The notes under the pieces are model-generated. The model saw nothing but the letters and a program-made list of their open reading frames with translations. It was not told the DNA's origin and searched no databases. Both the position numbers and the translations under genes were made by a program. 64,000 nt of DNA from an uncultured Rhodobacteraceae bacterium (GTDB taxonomy: Bacteria; Pseudomonadota; Alphaproteobacteria; Rhodobacterales; Rhodobacteraceae): assembly GCA_943788345.1 (NCBI GenBank), contig CALSPX010000015.1, positions 86,452-150,451 on the forward strand, in the 5' to 3' direction. Positions within the stretch are counted from its first letter, which is position 1. Every line of letters starts with the position of its first letter. Of the stretch, positions 19,852 through 30,111 are shown in pieces.

Positions 19852-21687
19852 ATGGAAACAAGCAGACCCAATATCCACGAAAACCTGCCGGTTATTCGCC
19901 AACTTGATGACGCAGCAATCAATCGGATTGCTGCGGGTGAAGTTGTTGAACGACCAGCGTCTGCTGTCAAAGAGCTGGTTGAGAACGCGATCGATGCGGG
20001 CGCGCGGCGTATTTTCATTGATATTGCAGATGGCGGCAAAACGTTGATCCGCGTGACAGATGACGGCTGTGGAATTGCAGGTCACGATTTGCCGTTGGCC
20101 TTATCACGCCATGCTACGTCAAAGATCGACGGCTCTGACCTGCTTAACATTCACACCTTTGGTTTTCGTGGAGAGGCACTGCCGTCACTGGGCGCCGTTG
20201 GCCGTCTTAACATCACCTCACGCGTTCAGGGGTCTGAAGCCTTTGAGATCAATGTTGAAGGTGGTGACTTAGGGCCAGTGCGCCCAGCTGCTTTGAACGG
20301 CGGCACAGTCATAACTTTGCGTGACTTGTTTTATGCAACCCCAGCCCGACTGAAGTTTTTGCGCACCGACCGCGCAGAAACGACGGCCATTAATGATATA
20401 GTTAAGCGCCTTGCGATGGCGGAACCTTTTGTACGGTTTGAGTTGCGAGATGTCAGTGGCGATAGCCCACGCACAACCTTCAGGGCTGAAGCCGAAAATG
20501 GCGATATGTTCGATGCGTTGCATGGACGGTTGTCGACTGTTTTGGGGCGCGAGTTTGCAGATAACTCTCTGAAAATTGACGCGCTGCGCGAAGGATTACA
20601 TTTGACAGGGTATGCTGCGTTGCCAACTTATTCACGTGGTTCTGCTGTGCTGCAGTATCTGTTCGTGAACGGTCGTCCTGTACGGGATAAACTATTGGTT
20701 GGGGCGCTGCGCGGAGCCTACTTTGATTTTCTAAGTCGCGATCGTCATCCAGCGGCTGCCCTGTTCCTTGACTGCGATCCAACACTGGTGGACGTCAACG
20801 TTCATCCTGCAAAATCAGAGGTACGCTTTCGCGATCCTGGTCTTGCGCGTGGGTTAATTGTATCGGCATTGCGCCAAGCGTTGGCAGAGGCAGGGCATCG
20901 TGCGTCGACAACAGTTGCGGGTGCGACTTTGGGGGCGATGACACCTGAACCTATTGGTGGACCACGCGTCTATCAGATGGACCGTCCCTCAATGGGCTCA
21001 CGTTCAGCGTCTTACCAATCCCAAGCGCCGGGTTTCGCCGAAATGACCCACGCCTATAGTGGGCAAGTGGTTGAGCAAGAGCAGGCGAATGAGACACCAC
21101 CAGAGGAACTGCCACTGGGCACTGCCCGCGGTCAGGTTCATGAGAATTACATTATCGCGCAGACGGCAACCGGCATGGTTATCGTTGATCAACATGCAGC
21201 GCATGAGCGATTGGTGTACGAGAAATTAAAAAACCAAATGGCAGCGAATGGGGTCGCGGCTCAAGCCTTGCTGATCCCTGAGATTGTTGAACTATCGGAT
21301 GGCGATTGCGCTCGATTACTCGAAGTGGCGGACGAATTGGCACGCTTTGGTTTGGGTATTGAGCCCTTTGGAGGTGGTGCAATTGCTATTCGCGAAACGC
21401 CTGCCATTTTGGGTGAGGTGAATGCGCGTGCTATGATCCTTGATATTCTGGACGAGCTTGCGGACCAGGGCAGCTCCAACATGGTTCAAGCCAAGGTCGA
21501 AGCGATCCTTAGTCGCGTGGCCTGCCACGGGTCTATTCGCTCGGGTCGTTGGATGCGGGCTGAGGAAATGAACGCGCTGTTGCGCGAAATGGAAGCAACC
21601 CCGCATTCGGGGCAATGCAACCACGGACGCCCTACGTATGTAGAGCTGAAACTGGCAGATATTGAACGGTTGTTTGGACGCACATGA
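19852..21687 (+). CDS. mutL: DNA mismatch repair endonuclease MutL
   Basis: [42 protein letters not shown], endonuclease motif [19 protein letters not shown]. Confidence 0.98.
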   Translation: METSRPNIHENLPVIRQLDDAAINRIAAGEVVERPASAVKELVENAIDAGARRIFIDIADGGKTLIRVTDDGCGIAGHDLPLALSRHATSKIDGSDLLNIHTFGFRGEALPSLGAVGRLNITSRVQGSEAFEINVEGGDLGPVRPAALNGGTVITLRDLFYATPARLKFLRTDRAETTAINDIVKRLAMAEPFVRFELRDVSGDSPRTTFRAEAENGDMFDALHGRLSTVLGREFADNSLKIDALREGLHLTGYAALPTYSRGSAVLQYLFVNGRPVRDKLLVGALRGAYFDFLSRDRHPAAALFLDCDPTLVDVNVHPAKSEVRFRDPGLARGLIVSALRQALAEAGHRASTTVAGATLGAMTPEPIGGPRVYQMDRPSMGSRSASYQSQAPGFAEMTHAYSGQVVEQEQANETPPEELPLGTARGQVHENYIIAQTATGMVIVDQHAAHERLVYEKLKNQMAANGVAAQALLIPEIVELSDGDCARLLEVADELARFGLGIEPFGGGAIAIRETPAILGEVNARAMILDILDELADQGSSNMVQAKVEAILSRVACHGSIRSGRWMRAEEMNALLREMEATPHSGQCNHGRPTYVELKLADIERLFGRT

Positions 21688-22922
21688 TTGAGATTTCAGG
21701 ACAAGAGTATGCCTTTAGCGATCCATTGATCATTGTGGGATTGGTGGCTGTCGCTGTGGTCATTTTAATCGTGGTGATGTTGATGGTTGTGGTGCGGTCG
21801 GCAGGGCGTTCCGCGGCGGCTGCGGCACCGCTGGCGCATCAGATGGGCATCCTTGGCCAGCATGTTCAGCAGCTGAATATGGGGCAGGCCGCGTTACAAG
21901 GTGGTTTGCAAACTGTGTCTGATACGCAGGTAAATGCACAGACCCAGATTACCAACACGATGGAAGTGCGATTGGCTGCTGTTCAACAGCAAATGCAGGA
22001 CCGTCTGGCAGAGAATGCTATGCGTGCCCAACATTCGATGGCAGAGATGCAAGAGCGGATGAAAGAGACGTTGAACGGCTCATCGAAACAAACCACGGTT
22101 AGCTTGACGCAGCTTCAAGAACGTCTCGCTTCTATCGACAAAGCGCAGGACAATATTGCGAAGTTGTCTGGGGATGTTTTGTCGTTGCAAGACATCCTAA
22201 GCAACAAACAAACGCGTGGTGCTTTTGGCGAAATTCAACTGAACGACATTGTCGGCAAAGCATTGCCAAAAGACAGTTTTCAGCTGCAAGCGACGCTTAG
22301 CAACGGTAAGCGCGCCGACTGTTTGATTGCTTTGCCGAACCCGCCTGGCCCAATTGTGATCGACAGCAAATTCCCCCTTGAAGCCTATGAGGCCTTGCGT
22401 CGGGCCAAGACTGATTGGGAGGTCAACGAGGCTGGCAAAGCGATGCGTGTTTCCGTGAAAAAGCACATCCGTGATATTAGTGAGAAATATATCATCGAGG
22501 GCGAAACTGCAGATGGCGCGTTGATGTTCCTACCGTCCGAAGCGGTATATGCAGAGCTCCACGCGAACTTTCCTGAACTTGTACGTGATGGTTTTGATCA
22601 CCGCGTTTGGATCGTTTCACCAACGACTTGTATGGCCACACTGAATACAATGCGTGCAATCCTTAAGGATGCTCGTATGCGTGAACAGGCGGGCGCTATT
22701 CGCTCGACGCTCAAAAGCTTGCATCGCGATGTTGAATTGGTTGTTGAACGTGTCGACAAACTGAATACCCACTTTGGTCAGGCACGCAAAGATTTGGATG
22801 GAATTAGCACAGCTGCCGAACGTGCAGGAAAACGTGCGGCGCGTTTGGATAATTTTGACTTTGAAGAACTGACGCCAGAGGAACAAAACAACGTGGTGCC
22901 TTTGGCCAAGCCTGAGCCTTAA
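21684..22922 (+). CDS. rmuC: DNA recombination protein RmuC
   Basis: N-terminal TM helix, coiled coil, [30 protein letters not shown]; ATGA overlap with mutL. Confidence 0.92.
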   Translation: MIEISGQEYAFSDPLIIVGLVAVAVVILIVVMLMVVVRSAGRSAAAAAPLAHQMGILGQHVQQLNMGQAALQGGLQTVSDTQVNAQTQITNTMEVRLAAVQQQMQDRLAENAMRAQHSMAEMQERMKETLNGSSKQTTVSLTQLQERLASIDKAQDNIAKLSGDVLSLQDILSNKQTRGAFGEIQLNDIVGKALPKDSFQLQATLSNGKRADCLIALPNPPGPIVIDSKFPLEAYEALRRAKTDWEVNEAGKAMRVSVKKHIRDISEKYIIEGETADGALMFLPSEAVYAELHANFPELVRDGFDHRVWIVSPTTCMATLNTMRAILKDARMREQAGAIRSTLKSLHRDVELVVERVDKLNTHFGQARKDLDGISTAAERAGKRAARLDNFDFEELTPEEQNNVVPLAKPEP

Positions 22923-22940
22923 TACGTCAATGAGAAGGGC

Positions 22941-23987
22941 TCATTTATACTGCAGTTCAAGATCAATCAATTTACGGTTACGCCAAAGCCCACCACCCTA
23001 TCCGGTTAAGTTGCCATCTGCACCAATTACCCTGTGACAAGGAATGAGTATCGAAATTTGGTTTGCGCCATTGGCGCGTGCAACTGCGCGAGTAGCTGAG
23101 GGGCGTCCGATTTTTTGTGCAAGTCCAGCGTAGGTTTGAATTTCCCCCGCTGGAACCGCTATCAGCGCCTGCCAAACTGATTTGGTGAAGGTAGTTCCAT
23201 GGAGTGCAAGAGGGACGGTGAAAGCCGCCCTTTGACCGTCAAAGTATTCAGTTAGTTCAGCTTTGGTTCGTTCGAGTGGTTCGGTTGTTCCAAATCCAAT
23301 CCCGCCAGCTGCTTTCTGCAAGCGACTAAGCTCGGCTGGTAAAGCTTTTCGATCTGCGAATTCTAACAAGTGTAAATGTGTATTATCTGCCACCGCGATC
23401 ATTGGGCCAAGTTTGGTTTGAAACCAATCGGCGCGCAACAATGCGGTGTCTGAGAACGCACTGGGTTTGACCCCAACCATATTTGCAAACGCTGTGCGAA
23501 AGGCTGCACCACTTTCAAACCCTGCTTCAAGCTGGGCGTCGATCACGCGGTATCCGTTTGAAAGAGCGGCGAAGCCCGCTTGCAATCGTCGCGCCCGAGC
23601 GAGATCAAGAAAGGTGATGCCAAACGTACGTTTAAAGGTACGCCTTATCGTCGACAGATCATAACCCAACGCACTGACCTTGTCCTCGGACCATCGATAC
23701 GTTGGGTGGTTGTCCAGTCGGGTGAGGAGGTCACGAACAGCAGGATCGTCAGGTACCATCGCGTGCATTGGGTGGCACCGTTTGCAGGGGCGAAAACCAG
23801 CGTCGATGCATTCGGATGGACTTTCGTAAAAGGTACAATTCTCCCGCTTTGGTTTGCGAGCAGGGCAGGTCAAACGACAAAAGACACCCGTTGAACGCAC
23901 ACCTACAAAAGCGCGACCATCATAGTTGGGGTCGCGGCCTAAAAGGGCGATATATAGGCTGTCATCGTCTGGAAGGGTAAAAAGCGT
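22941..23987 (-). pseudogene. ada: Bifunctional Ada regulator / O6-methylguanine methyltransferase with lost start codon and in-frame TAG
   Basis: Zn motif FCRLTCPARKP...FRPCKRC, AraC-type HTH and PCHRV. Homology extends upstream to an ACG at 23987 (TLFTLPDDDSLY...RDPNYDG) and past the TAG at 23000-22998 (NLTG*GGGLWRNRKLIDLELQYK, TGA at 22943-22941). Confidence 0.8.
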
Positions 23988-24065
23988 GATGACAGCTTAA
24001 CCCTGAAAAAAAATAGGTACCGACTGAAATCGGGCATCTATTCAAAATAAAGTCGAGGGCGTCAT

Positions 24066-24734
24066 TTAGATTCGAATAAAGCTCTGCATGATACGGGGGA
24101 GGATACCCTTAAAGCGCAGTGGCGCGTCGCTTACCGCAAGACAAATACAGTCTTCATGGATATCCGCCATCGGCGTGTGCTCAAGATCGCTGTCAGCGAT
24201 ATCGACATCACCACGAGCAAAATACCCATCATCATCTTGGAAGGCACCCTGCAACACCATCGTCATCTCAAGACCGTGGTGGCCGTGATCGGGCATGGCC
24301 GCACCGGCAGGGATCATCAAAAGGCGTGCGCTGGCTTGTTTGGATGTTGGCAGAATAGCTTGCTTTACACCCATGCCGATAGGACGCCACTTAACCTCAC
24401 TTAGGTCACCACCAATGTAGTCCTGCAGTGGTGTTGGCAGGACGGATGGTTTTTTGGCAGCCGGTGTCTTGGTGATTGGTGCGCTTTGCTCAATAATCGC
24501 CATTGTCGCGGCAAAGCTGTCAGGCTGCATCTGAGTGTTGGGAATATCATGCTCGTCCAACAAAACACCGCCAACGGCATCGCATGCCGCCAATTGAGCC
24601 CGGCAGGCATCGCATAACGAAACGTGCGTTGCGACCATAAGATTGAACGCCTCAGGCAAAGTGCCGGCTGAGTAGCCCATCAGGATTTCATCCGTCAGAT
24701 GATGTTTAATATCTGTGCTCATCATTTTGTTCAT
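24066..24734 (-). CDS. chrR: Anti-sigma-E factor ChrR
   Basis: Zinc anti-sigma motif (HH...HVSLCDAC) plus cupin (PDHGHHGLEMTMVLQGAF, HTP, CICL); coupled to the sigma gene. Confidence 0.93.
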   Translation of the reverse strand: MNKMMSTDIKHHLTDEILMGYSAGTLPEAFNLMVATHVSLCDACRAQLAACDAVGGVLLDEHDIPNTQMQPDSFAATMAIIEQSAPITKTPAAKKPSVLPTPLQDYIGGDLSEVKWRPIGMGVKQAILPTSKQASARLLMIPAGAAMPDHGHHGLEMTMVLQGAFQDDDGYFARGDVDIADSDLEHTPMADIHEDCICLAVSDAPLRFKGILPRIMQSFIRI

Positions 24735-25276
24735 TTCATCGTTTGGCGTAAGCGCTCGAGGGCTAACCTAATTCGCGATTTGATCGTGCCAAGGGGCAGA
24801 CCCGTTTTTTTAGCTATTTCGCTGTGGGACAAATCTCCGAAATACGCCTGTTCTATAAGTTCTCTTTGTGCTGCAGGGAGTGTTGTTAACGCCTTGCTGA
24901 GGATCTCAGTTTCTTGCTGCAGCGCTAGAACGTCGGTTTGATCGAGTTCTTCTTCTGGACCCCATGTGAGGTCCTCAGGTTCCGGACGGCGTTGTTTGCG
25001 CAGAATATCAATTTTGCGGTTTCGTGCGATTGTGAAAATCCAAGTCGCAACTGATGCGCGGGACGGGTCGAACAAGTGTGCTTTGTGCCAAAGGGTCGCC
25101 ATTACTTCTTGGGCGCATTCCTCGGCCATGGAACCATCGGCACCAGAATTAATTAGAAACCCCTTCACCCGCGGAGCAAAATGAGCGTACAGGTCTGCAA
25201 AAGCTGCTTTGTCCGAGTCATCGCGGATACGATGGACATGAGAAATCCATAAATTACGTTTGTTTTCGTCTGTCAC
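24731..25276 (-). CDS. rpoE: ECF11 sigma factor RpoE (singlet-oxygen response)
   Basis: AAFADLYAHFAPRVKGFL, AEECAQEV, TWIFTIARN, LPLGTIKSRIRLALERLR; upstream of chrR. Start placed at GTG 25276 by recalled similarity; the ORF is open to 25369. Confidence 0.92.
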   Translation of the reverse strand: MTDENKRNLWISHVHRIRDDSDKAAFADLYAHFAPRVKGFLINSGADGSMAEECAQEVMATLWHKAHLFDPSRASVATWIFTIARNRKIDILRKQRRPEPEDLTWGPEEELDQTDVLALQQETEILSKALTTLPAAQRELIEQAYFGDLSHSEIAKKTGLPLGTIKSRIRLALERLRQTMK

Positions 25277-25377
25277 GCGTTTCGAACCCACTGCAACCAA
25301 ACGGGTTGCAGCCGTCTGAAAGTTAACCGATCTTTCTCTCGGTAACACATTATGTGAACTGGCTGACATACCAAATA

Positions 25378-25403
25378 TACGGTTGTAGCGCTGAATTGGA
25401 TCA
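25378..25403 (-). promoter_or_regulatory. SigmaE-dependent autoregulatory promoter of rpoE-chrR
   Basis: Minus strand reads TGATCC-AATTCAGCGCTACAAC(16)-CGTA, matching the ECF11 consensus TGATCC-N16-CGTA. Confidence 0.85.
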
Positions 25404-25424
25404 AATTTCTTTTTTCGCGTTTTA

Positions 25425-25450
25425 ACATCCGATTCCGAACATGGCGCGTA
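25425..25450 (+). promoter_or_regulatory. Candidate sigmaE-dependent promoter of the ufaD/ufaO-like operon
   Basis: ACATCC-GATTCCGAACATGGCG(16)-CGTA, with the same spacing and -10 element as the rpoE promoter; 35 nt before ATG 25486. Confidence 0.7.
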
Positions 25451-25485
25451 TATCTACCAAACACATTAATCAGGACTATATTTTT

Positions 25486-26796
25486 ATGCCATTCGATCAA
25501 CCAAACTCAACGCCACAAAAGATCGCCGTTATTGGTGGCGGAATTTCAGGTATGGGTTCTGCCTACAAACTAATCGAACGTAAACAAGTCACATTATTTG
25601 AAGCTGAGCCGCAGCTTGGCGGCCACGCACGTACCAGAATGGCGGGCAAGCGTGGAGATCAGCCTGTCGACACAGGTTTCATTGTTTTCAACTATGCAAA
25701 TTATCCACACATGGCGGAGCTATTCGCTGAGTTGAACGTACCAGTTGTAAAGTCAAACATGAGTTTTGGTGCCTCAATCGGAGGTGGTCGCCTAGAATAT
25801 GGGCTGGCCAGCCTGGATGCACTATTTGCGCAACGTATGAATGCTGTGAATCCAAAATTTTTGGGCATGGTGCGCGATATTTTACGGTTTAATAAAAACG
25901 CGCTTGAGGTGGCGAAAGACCGCACAATCACTGTCTCGCAGTTTTTGGAAAAATTGGGCACTGGTGCTTGGTTTCGTGATTATTATCTGTTGCCACTATC
26001 GGGCGCGATTTGGTCGACGCCAACGCAAAAAATTATGGATTTCCCAGCGCACGCGATGATCCAGTTTTTCGAGAACCATGCGCTTTTGAACACAACTGGA
26101 CAGCACCAATGGTACACCGTTGATGGTGGTTCAGTTGAATATGTTCGTCGGCTCGAAGCAGCACTTTTAAGCCGCGGAGTGGATATTAGAGTGAATTCAC
26201 CGGTCCAATCGGTACGCCGTGATGGAGGCGGTGTTCAGGTTAAAGCTGTGGGCGGTGAATGGGAGGCCTTTGATCAAGTAATCTTTGGGACGCACTCGGA
26301 TGATACACTGGCCTTGTTGGCTGACCCAACGGATGAAGAACAGGCGGCATTAGGTGCGATCAAATATCAACCAAATGAGGTTACGCTGCACGCTGACGAA
26401 AGCATCATGCCAAAGCGGCGGCAAACATGGTCGTCTTGGGTTTATACTGAAGATGAAAAAGGGACTGGTGATCAAATTGATCTGACCTATTGGATGAATT
26501 CACTTCAGCCGATCCCAATGGACGATCCACACTTTGTGACGTTGAATACAAAGCGAACCATCCGCGAAGAGCTGATCTATGATCAGGTGACGCTTCGCCA
26601 TCCAGTTTATGATCTCGCGGCCCTTGCGGCGCAAGAAAAAGTGCGTGCGATGAATGGTGCAAACAGCACATGGTTTACGGGGGCTTGGTTGCGTCACGGG
26701 TTCCATGAAGACGGTCTTGAAAGTGCCGTCACTGTTGCGGATGCGATCATGAAGAAATGTACGGAATGTGAACTATCTCGTGAGAAACACTGTTGA
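25486..26796 (+). CDS. FAD-dependent oxidoreductase, RSP_1091/UfaD-like fatty acid desaturase
   Basis: IAVIGGGISG, LGGHART, VDTGFIVFN, GAWLRHGFHEDG; divergent from rpoE-chrR as in Rhodobacter sphaeroides. Confidence 0.85.
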   Translation: MPFDQPNSTPQKIAVIGGGISGMGSAYKLIERKQVTLFEAEPQLGGHARTRMAGKRGDQPVDTGFIVFNYANYPHMAELFAELNVPVVKSNMSFGASIGGGRLEYGLASLDALFAQRMNAVNPKFLGMVRDILRFNKNALEVAKDRTITVSQFLEKLGTGAWFRDYYLLPLSGAIWSTPTQKIMDFPAHAMIQFFENHALLNTTGQHQWYTVDGGSVEYVRRLEAALLSRGVDIRVNSPVQSVRRDGGGVQVKAVGGEWEAFDQVIFGTHSDDTLALLADPTDEEQAALGAIKYQPNEVTLHADESIMPKRRQTWSSWVYTEDEKGTGDQIDLTYWMNSLQPIPMDDPHFVTLNTKRTIREELIYDQVTLRHPVYDLAALAAQEKVRAMNGANSTWFTGAWLRHGFHEDGLESAVTVADAIMKKCTECELSREKHC

Positions 26797-27541
26797 TCAT
26801 ATCAACGCTGTGACGTTCCACAGTCGTAAAGGCGAGGTCAAAAACGCCTTTCGATATTCGATCGACTACGTTCTTCTTGACGCGGATGCGCCAACTCGTA
26901 CCCCTGGATTATTCGCGCGCAATGGGCGTGGGGTCATAGCGTTAAACGATTTGGATCATGGCGGTGTTCCAAAGGACGGCCGCGGCAGCACATGGGTTCG
27001 CAAAGTGCTTGAAGCGCACAAAGTGACTGGCGTCGCAAGAATTGAAATTCTAGCGCAACCCAAAGTTTTAGGTCACGTATTTAACCCGGTTAGTTTTTGG
27101 CTTTGCCGCAATGCCGCCGATGACATGATTGCTGTCATTGCGGAGGTGTCTAACACCTTTGGCGATCGCCATTCATACTTGTTACACCATCCAGATCTAC
27201 GCCCAATTCTTGCGACAGATCGGTTAAAATCGACCAAGCTTATGCATGTATCGCCCTTCCAACCGGTGGAGGGTGGATACGAATTTCGCTTTGATATCCG
27301 CGATGACAGAATTGGTGTCTGGATTGACTACACCCAAGGCGATGGTGGGGTGATTGCAACGCTGACTGGAACCCGCGCACCGCTTACCAATGGCGCGATC
27401 CTTTACATGTTATTGCGCCGTCCCTTTGGGTCACGTCGCGTTCTAAGTCTGATCCACTGGCAGGCGTTGAAGTTGTGGTGGAAAAAGGCACGTTTTCGCT
27501 CCTGTCCAGAAGCGCCATCCAAAGAGATTTCGCGCGGATGA
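26780..27541 (+). CDS. DUF1365 family protein, RSP_1090/UfaO-like
   Basis: FRYSIDY, FNPVSFW, AEVSNTFGDRHSY, HVSPF and IHWQALKLWWK motifs; start uncertain (GTG 26780 or 26768). Confidence 0.85.
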   Translation: MRNTVDHINAVTFHSRKGEVKNAFRYSIDYVLLDADAPTRTPGLFARNGRGVIALNDLDHGGVPKDGRGSTWVRKVLEAHKVTGVARIEILAQPKVLGHVFNPVSFWLCRNAADDMIAVIAEVSNTFGDRHSYLLHHPDLRPILATDRLKSTKLMHVSPFQPVEGGYEFRFDIRDDRIGVWIDYTQGDGGVIATLTGTRAPLTNGAILYMLLRRPFGSRRVLSLIHWQALKLWWKKARFRSCPEAPSKEISRG

Positions 27542-28791
27542 GCATGTCATCATCACTTATTGAGGTGCGTAACAATAACCTCCCAGCGTATGCTGTTTTT
27601 GCTGCGATGTTATCGGCAGCTGGCCTGCCAATTTACATCCATGCGCCTAAGTATTTTGTTGATGAATATGGGGTGTCTTTGGCCGCACTGGGTTCAGTAT
27701 TGTTTGTTTTGCGATTGCTGGACGTTGTTCAAGACCCGTTGTTCGGGCGTCTGTCCGCACGCTTGGGTCGTCATCGGGGATTTGCGATTTCAATCGCCTG
27801 CGTTGTTATGGCGCTGGGAATGCTAGGGCTTTTTGCTGTCGAGCCGTTGGTGTCACCGTTGGTGTGGTTTGGCTTGATGCTGACGTTGGTTTTTTCGGCG
27901 TTTTCCTTCCTGACCATAAACTTTTACGCACAAGGTGTCGTCACCGCATCATCATTGGGGCAATTCGGTCACTTGCGCTTGGCGCGCTGGCGGGAAAGTG
28001 GGGCGCTGTTTGGCGTCTGCATTGCTGCAATTGCGCCATTGGTTTTTTTATGTTTTATCGATGCACCTTTCGTTGGATTTGCGATTGGGTTTGCTGTTTT
28101 GGCTTTGGTTGCTGGCACAATGATGCGGGCTGAATGGGCGGAAGGCAGGGGTTTGAAATCGGCCAGTTTTCAGACCGTGCTTCAAGACCCGATTGCACGA
28201 CGTCTGTTGATAATCGCTTTTGTGAATGCGGCGCCTGTTGCGGTAAGTTCCACGCTGTTTCTGTTTTATGTCGAAGCACGTTTGATGGCTCCGGGAATGG
28301 AGGGGCCATTACTACTGTTGTTTTTCCTTTCTGCAGCATTGTCTGTTCCTTTGTGGGGGGGCTTAGCGGAAAAACTGGGTACCAAGAGCACTCTGATGAT
28401 TTCGATGACACTTGCGATTGCCGCCTTTGGTTTTGCGATATTTCTTGGCGCGAGCGATTGGCTTGCTTTTGCGGTTGTATGTGTCGCCTCTGGCGCTGCT
28501 TTGGGTGCGGACCTGACGCTGTTGCCTGCAATGTTCGCCAAGCGGATGGGAGAGATTTCCCCTGCAGCAACTGAGGGCTTTGGCCTTTGGTCATTTGTCT
28601 CGAAATTTACGCTCGCATTCGCTGCCGTCCTGCTGCTTCCAGCATTGCAGTGGGCTGGCTTTGAAAGTGGTTCAGACAATAACTCTGACCATTCTTTGTT
28701 TGTTTTGGCTTTGTTGTACGCGGCTGTGCCGTGTGTGTTGAAGATTTTTGCTTTGATCCTGTTGGCATTTACTGCCGTTAGTGAGGAATAA
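27538..28791 (+). CDS. MFS (GPH/melibiose-like) transporter
   Basis: About 12 hydrophobic segments, RLLDVVQDPLFG, FGLWSFVSK; ATGA overlap with the DUF1365 gene. Confidence 0.82.
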   Translation: MSMSSSLIEVRNNNLPAYAVFAAMLSAAGLPIYIHAPKYFVDEYGVSLAALGSVLFVLRLLDVVQDPLFGRLSARLGRHRGFAISIACVVMALGMLGLFAVEPLVSPLVWFGLMLTLVFSAFSFLTINFYAQGVVTASSLGQFGHLRLARWRESGALFGVCIAAIAPLVFLCFIDAPFVGFAIGFAVLALVAGTMMRAEWAEGRGLKSASFQTVLQDPIARRLLIIAFVNAAPVAVSSTLFLFYVEARLMAPGMEGPLLLLFFLSAALSVPLWGGLAEKLGTKSTLMISMTLAIAAFGFAIFLGASDWLAFAVVCVASGAALGADLTLLPAMFAKRMGEISPAATEGFGLWSFVSKFTLAFAAVLLLPALQWAGFESGSDNNSDHSLFVLALLYAAVPCVLKIFALILLAFTAVSEE

Positions 28792-28794
28792 TTT

Positions 28795-29373
28795 ATGAAT
28801 AGCTTACTCTATGTCCTTCTTGGTGCGGCCCTAGTGCTTGCCTTGAATGTACTGCGTGGACGATACGCGAGCTTTGTTGCGCAGAGGCCAAGCGACTATG
28901 TGAATGGGACAGAGATGTTTGATTTGCGTCAACACATGAACGGGCCAATTGCCTGCGAGGGTGTGATCTACGGCCCATTCGGGCGCGTAAGTAGCCGTTT
29001 TGTAGGTGCCTTCGAATGTTCTTGGGTGGGCAATCAAGGCGTCATGAGTGAAGAGTTTCGCTATGACGATGGATCGGTTCAAAATCGGCGCTGGAGCTTA
29101 ACAATTGATGAGCACGGCGCGATAAAGGCAACGGCACCAGACGTTGTTGGCGAAGGCGAAGGCCATCAGGTCGGTTCATCAGTTCAATTGAAATACCGCC
29201 TTCGACTGCCTGAAAGTGCTGGTGGTCACGTCTTGAACACTGTGGATTGGATGTATCTTGCACCCAACGGTTCAATCGTAAATCGGTCCCAATTTCGCAA
29301 ATTTGGTATTCAAGTTGCTGAGCTTGTCGCGACTATGCGACCAGCCCATATTGAATTGAAGGATGCGGTATAA
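28795..29373 (+). CDS. DUF3833 family protein
   Basis: FDLRQHMNG, EEFRYDDG, DWMYL and NRSQFRKFG motifs; member of the sigmaE operon. Confidence 0.78.
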   Translation: MNSLLYVLLGAALVLALNVLRGRYASFVAQRPSDYVNGTEMFDLRQHMNGPIACEGVIYGPFGRVSSRFVGAFECSWVGNQGVMSEEFRYDDGSVQNRRWSLTIDEHGAIKATAPDVVGEGEGHQVGSSVQLKYRLRLPESAGGHVLNTVDWMYLAPNGSIVNRSQFRKFGIQVAELVATMRPAHIELKDAV

Positions 29374-30104
29374 TGCGCGAATGGCAGGGAAAACGGTATT
29401 GGTTGGTTGGTGCAAGTGATGGGTTAGGTGCGGCACTGGCACAAATCATGAGCCGCTCTGGTGCAGAGGTGATCTTGTCCGCGCGTTCCGAAGATAAGTT
29501 GGCCGAAGTCGTCGCGGCTCTGCCCGGTAAAGCTAGCTATCAGGTGATGGACATCGCCGACGACGTAAGCGTGAAGGCGGCTGCAGCTGCGGTCGGTGAT
29601 ATTGATGGGCTTGTTCTTTTGGCTGGTGTCTATTGGCCTTTCGGTGCCCAAGCATGGAATGCGGACCAGGCGACTGCGATGGTGGACATCAACTTCACCG
29701 GCTACGTGCGTGTTCTGGGTCAAGTCGTGCCAAAGTTAGTTGCAAAGGACGATGGACACGTGGTTATCACATCCAGCCTAACAGGATTTCGCGGATTGCC
29801 GCGATCAATCGGTTACACAGCATCCAAGGCGGCAACGATGTCACTGGCCGAATGCATGTATGCAGATCTGCGCAAGACAGGCGTAAAAGTTCAGATCGCG
29901 AACCCGGGCTTTATCAAAACGCAACTGACGGCCAAGAACGATTTCAAGATGCCGTTCATCATGGAACCCGAGATTGCGGCACGAGAGATGTTTGAGCATA
30001 TGAACGACACTGCATTCAAGAAAAGCTTCCCGCATTTCTTTTCGCTGTTGTTCAGGGGCAGCCAGTTTTTACCAGACTGGCTCTACTACCGAATTTTCAG
30101 CTGA
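29373..30104 (+). CDS. Short-chain dehydrogenase/reductase
   Basis: GASDGLG, YTASK (YxxxK), NPGFIKT. Confidence 0.9.
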   Translation: MREWQGKRYWLVGASDGLGAALAQIMSRSGAEVILSARSEDKLAEVVAALPGKASYQVMDIADDVSVKAAAAAVGDIDGLVLLAGVYWPFGAQAWNADQATAMVDINFTGYVRVLGQVVPKLVAKDDGHVVITSSLTGFRGLPRSIGYTASKAATMSLAECMYADLRKTGVKVQIANPGFIKTQLTAKNDFKMPFIMEPEIAAREMFEHMNDTAFKKSFPHFFSLLFRGSQFLPDWLYYRIFS

Positions 30105-30111
30105 TTAGATT

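Noticed and set aside
22998-23000. Stop-codon reassignment or pyrrolysine readthrough at the TAG in ada
   Set aside because: TAG ends intact genes normally at 4419, 44083 and 49303, no pyl genes are present, and the same gene has also lost its start codon.
26745-26796. Cys-rich tail (KKCTECELSREKHC) of the UfaD-like protein as a metal site
   Set aside because: It lies in a variable terminus that overlaps the next gene and is more likely a by-product of stop-codon drift; it cannot be supported without alignments.
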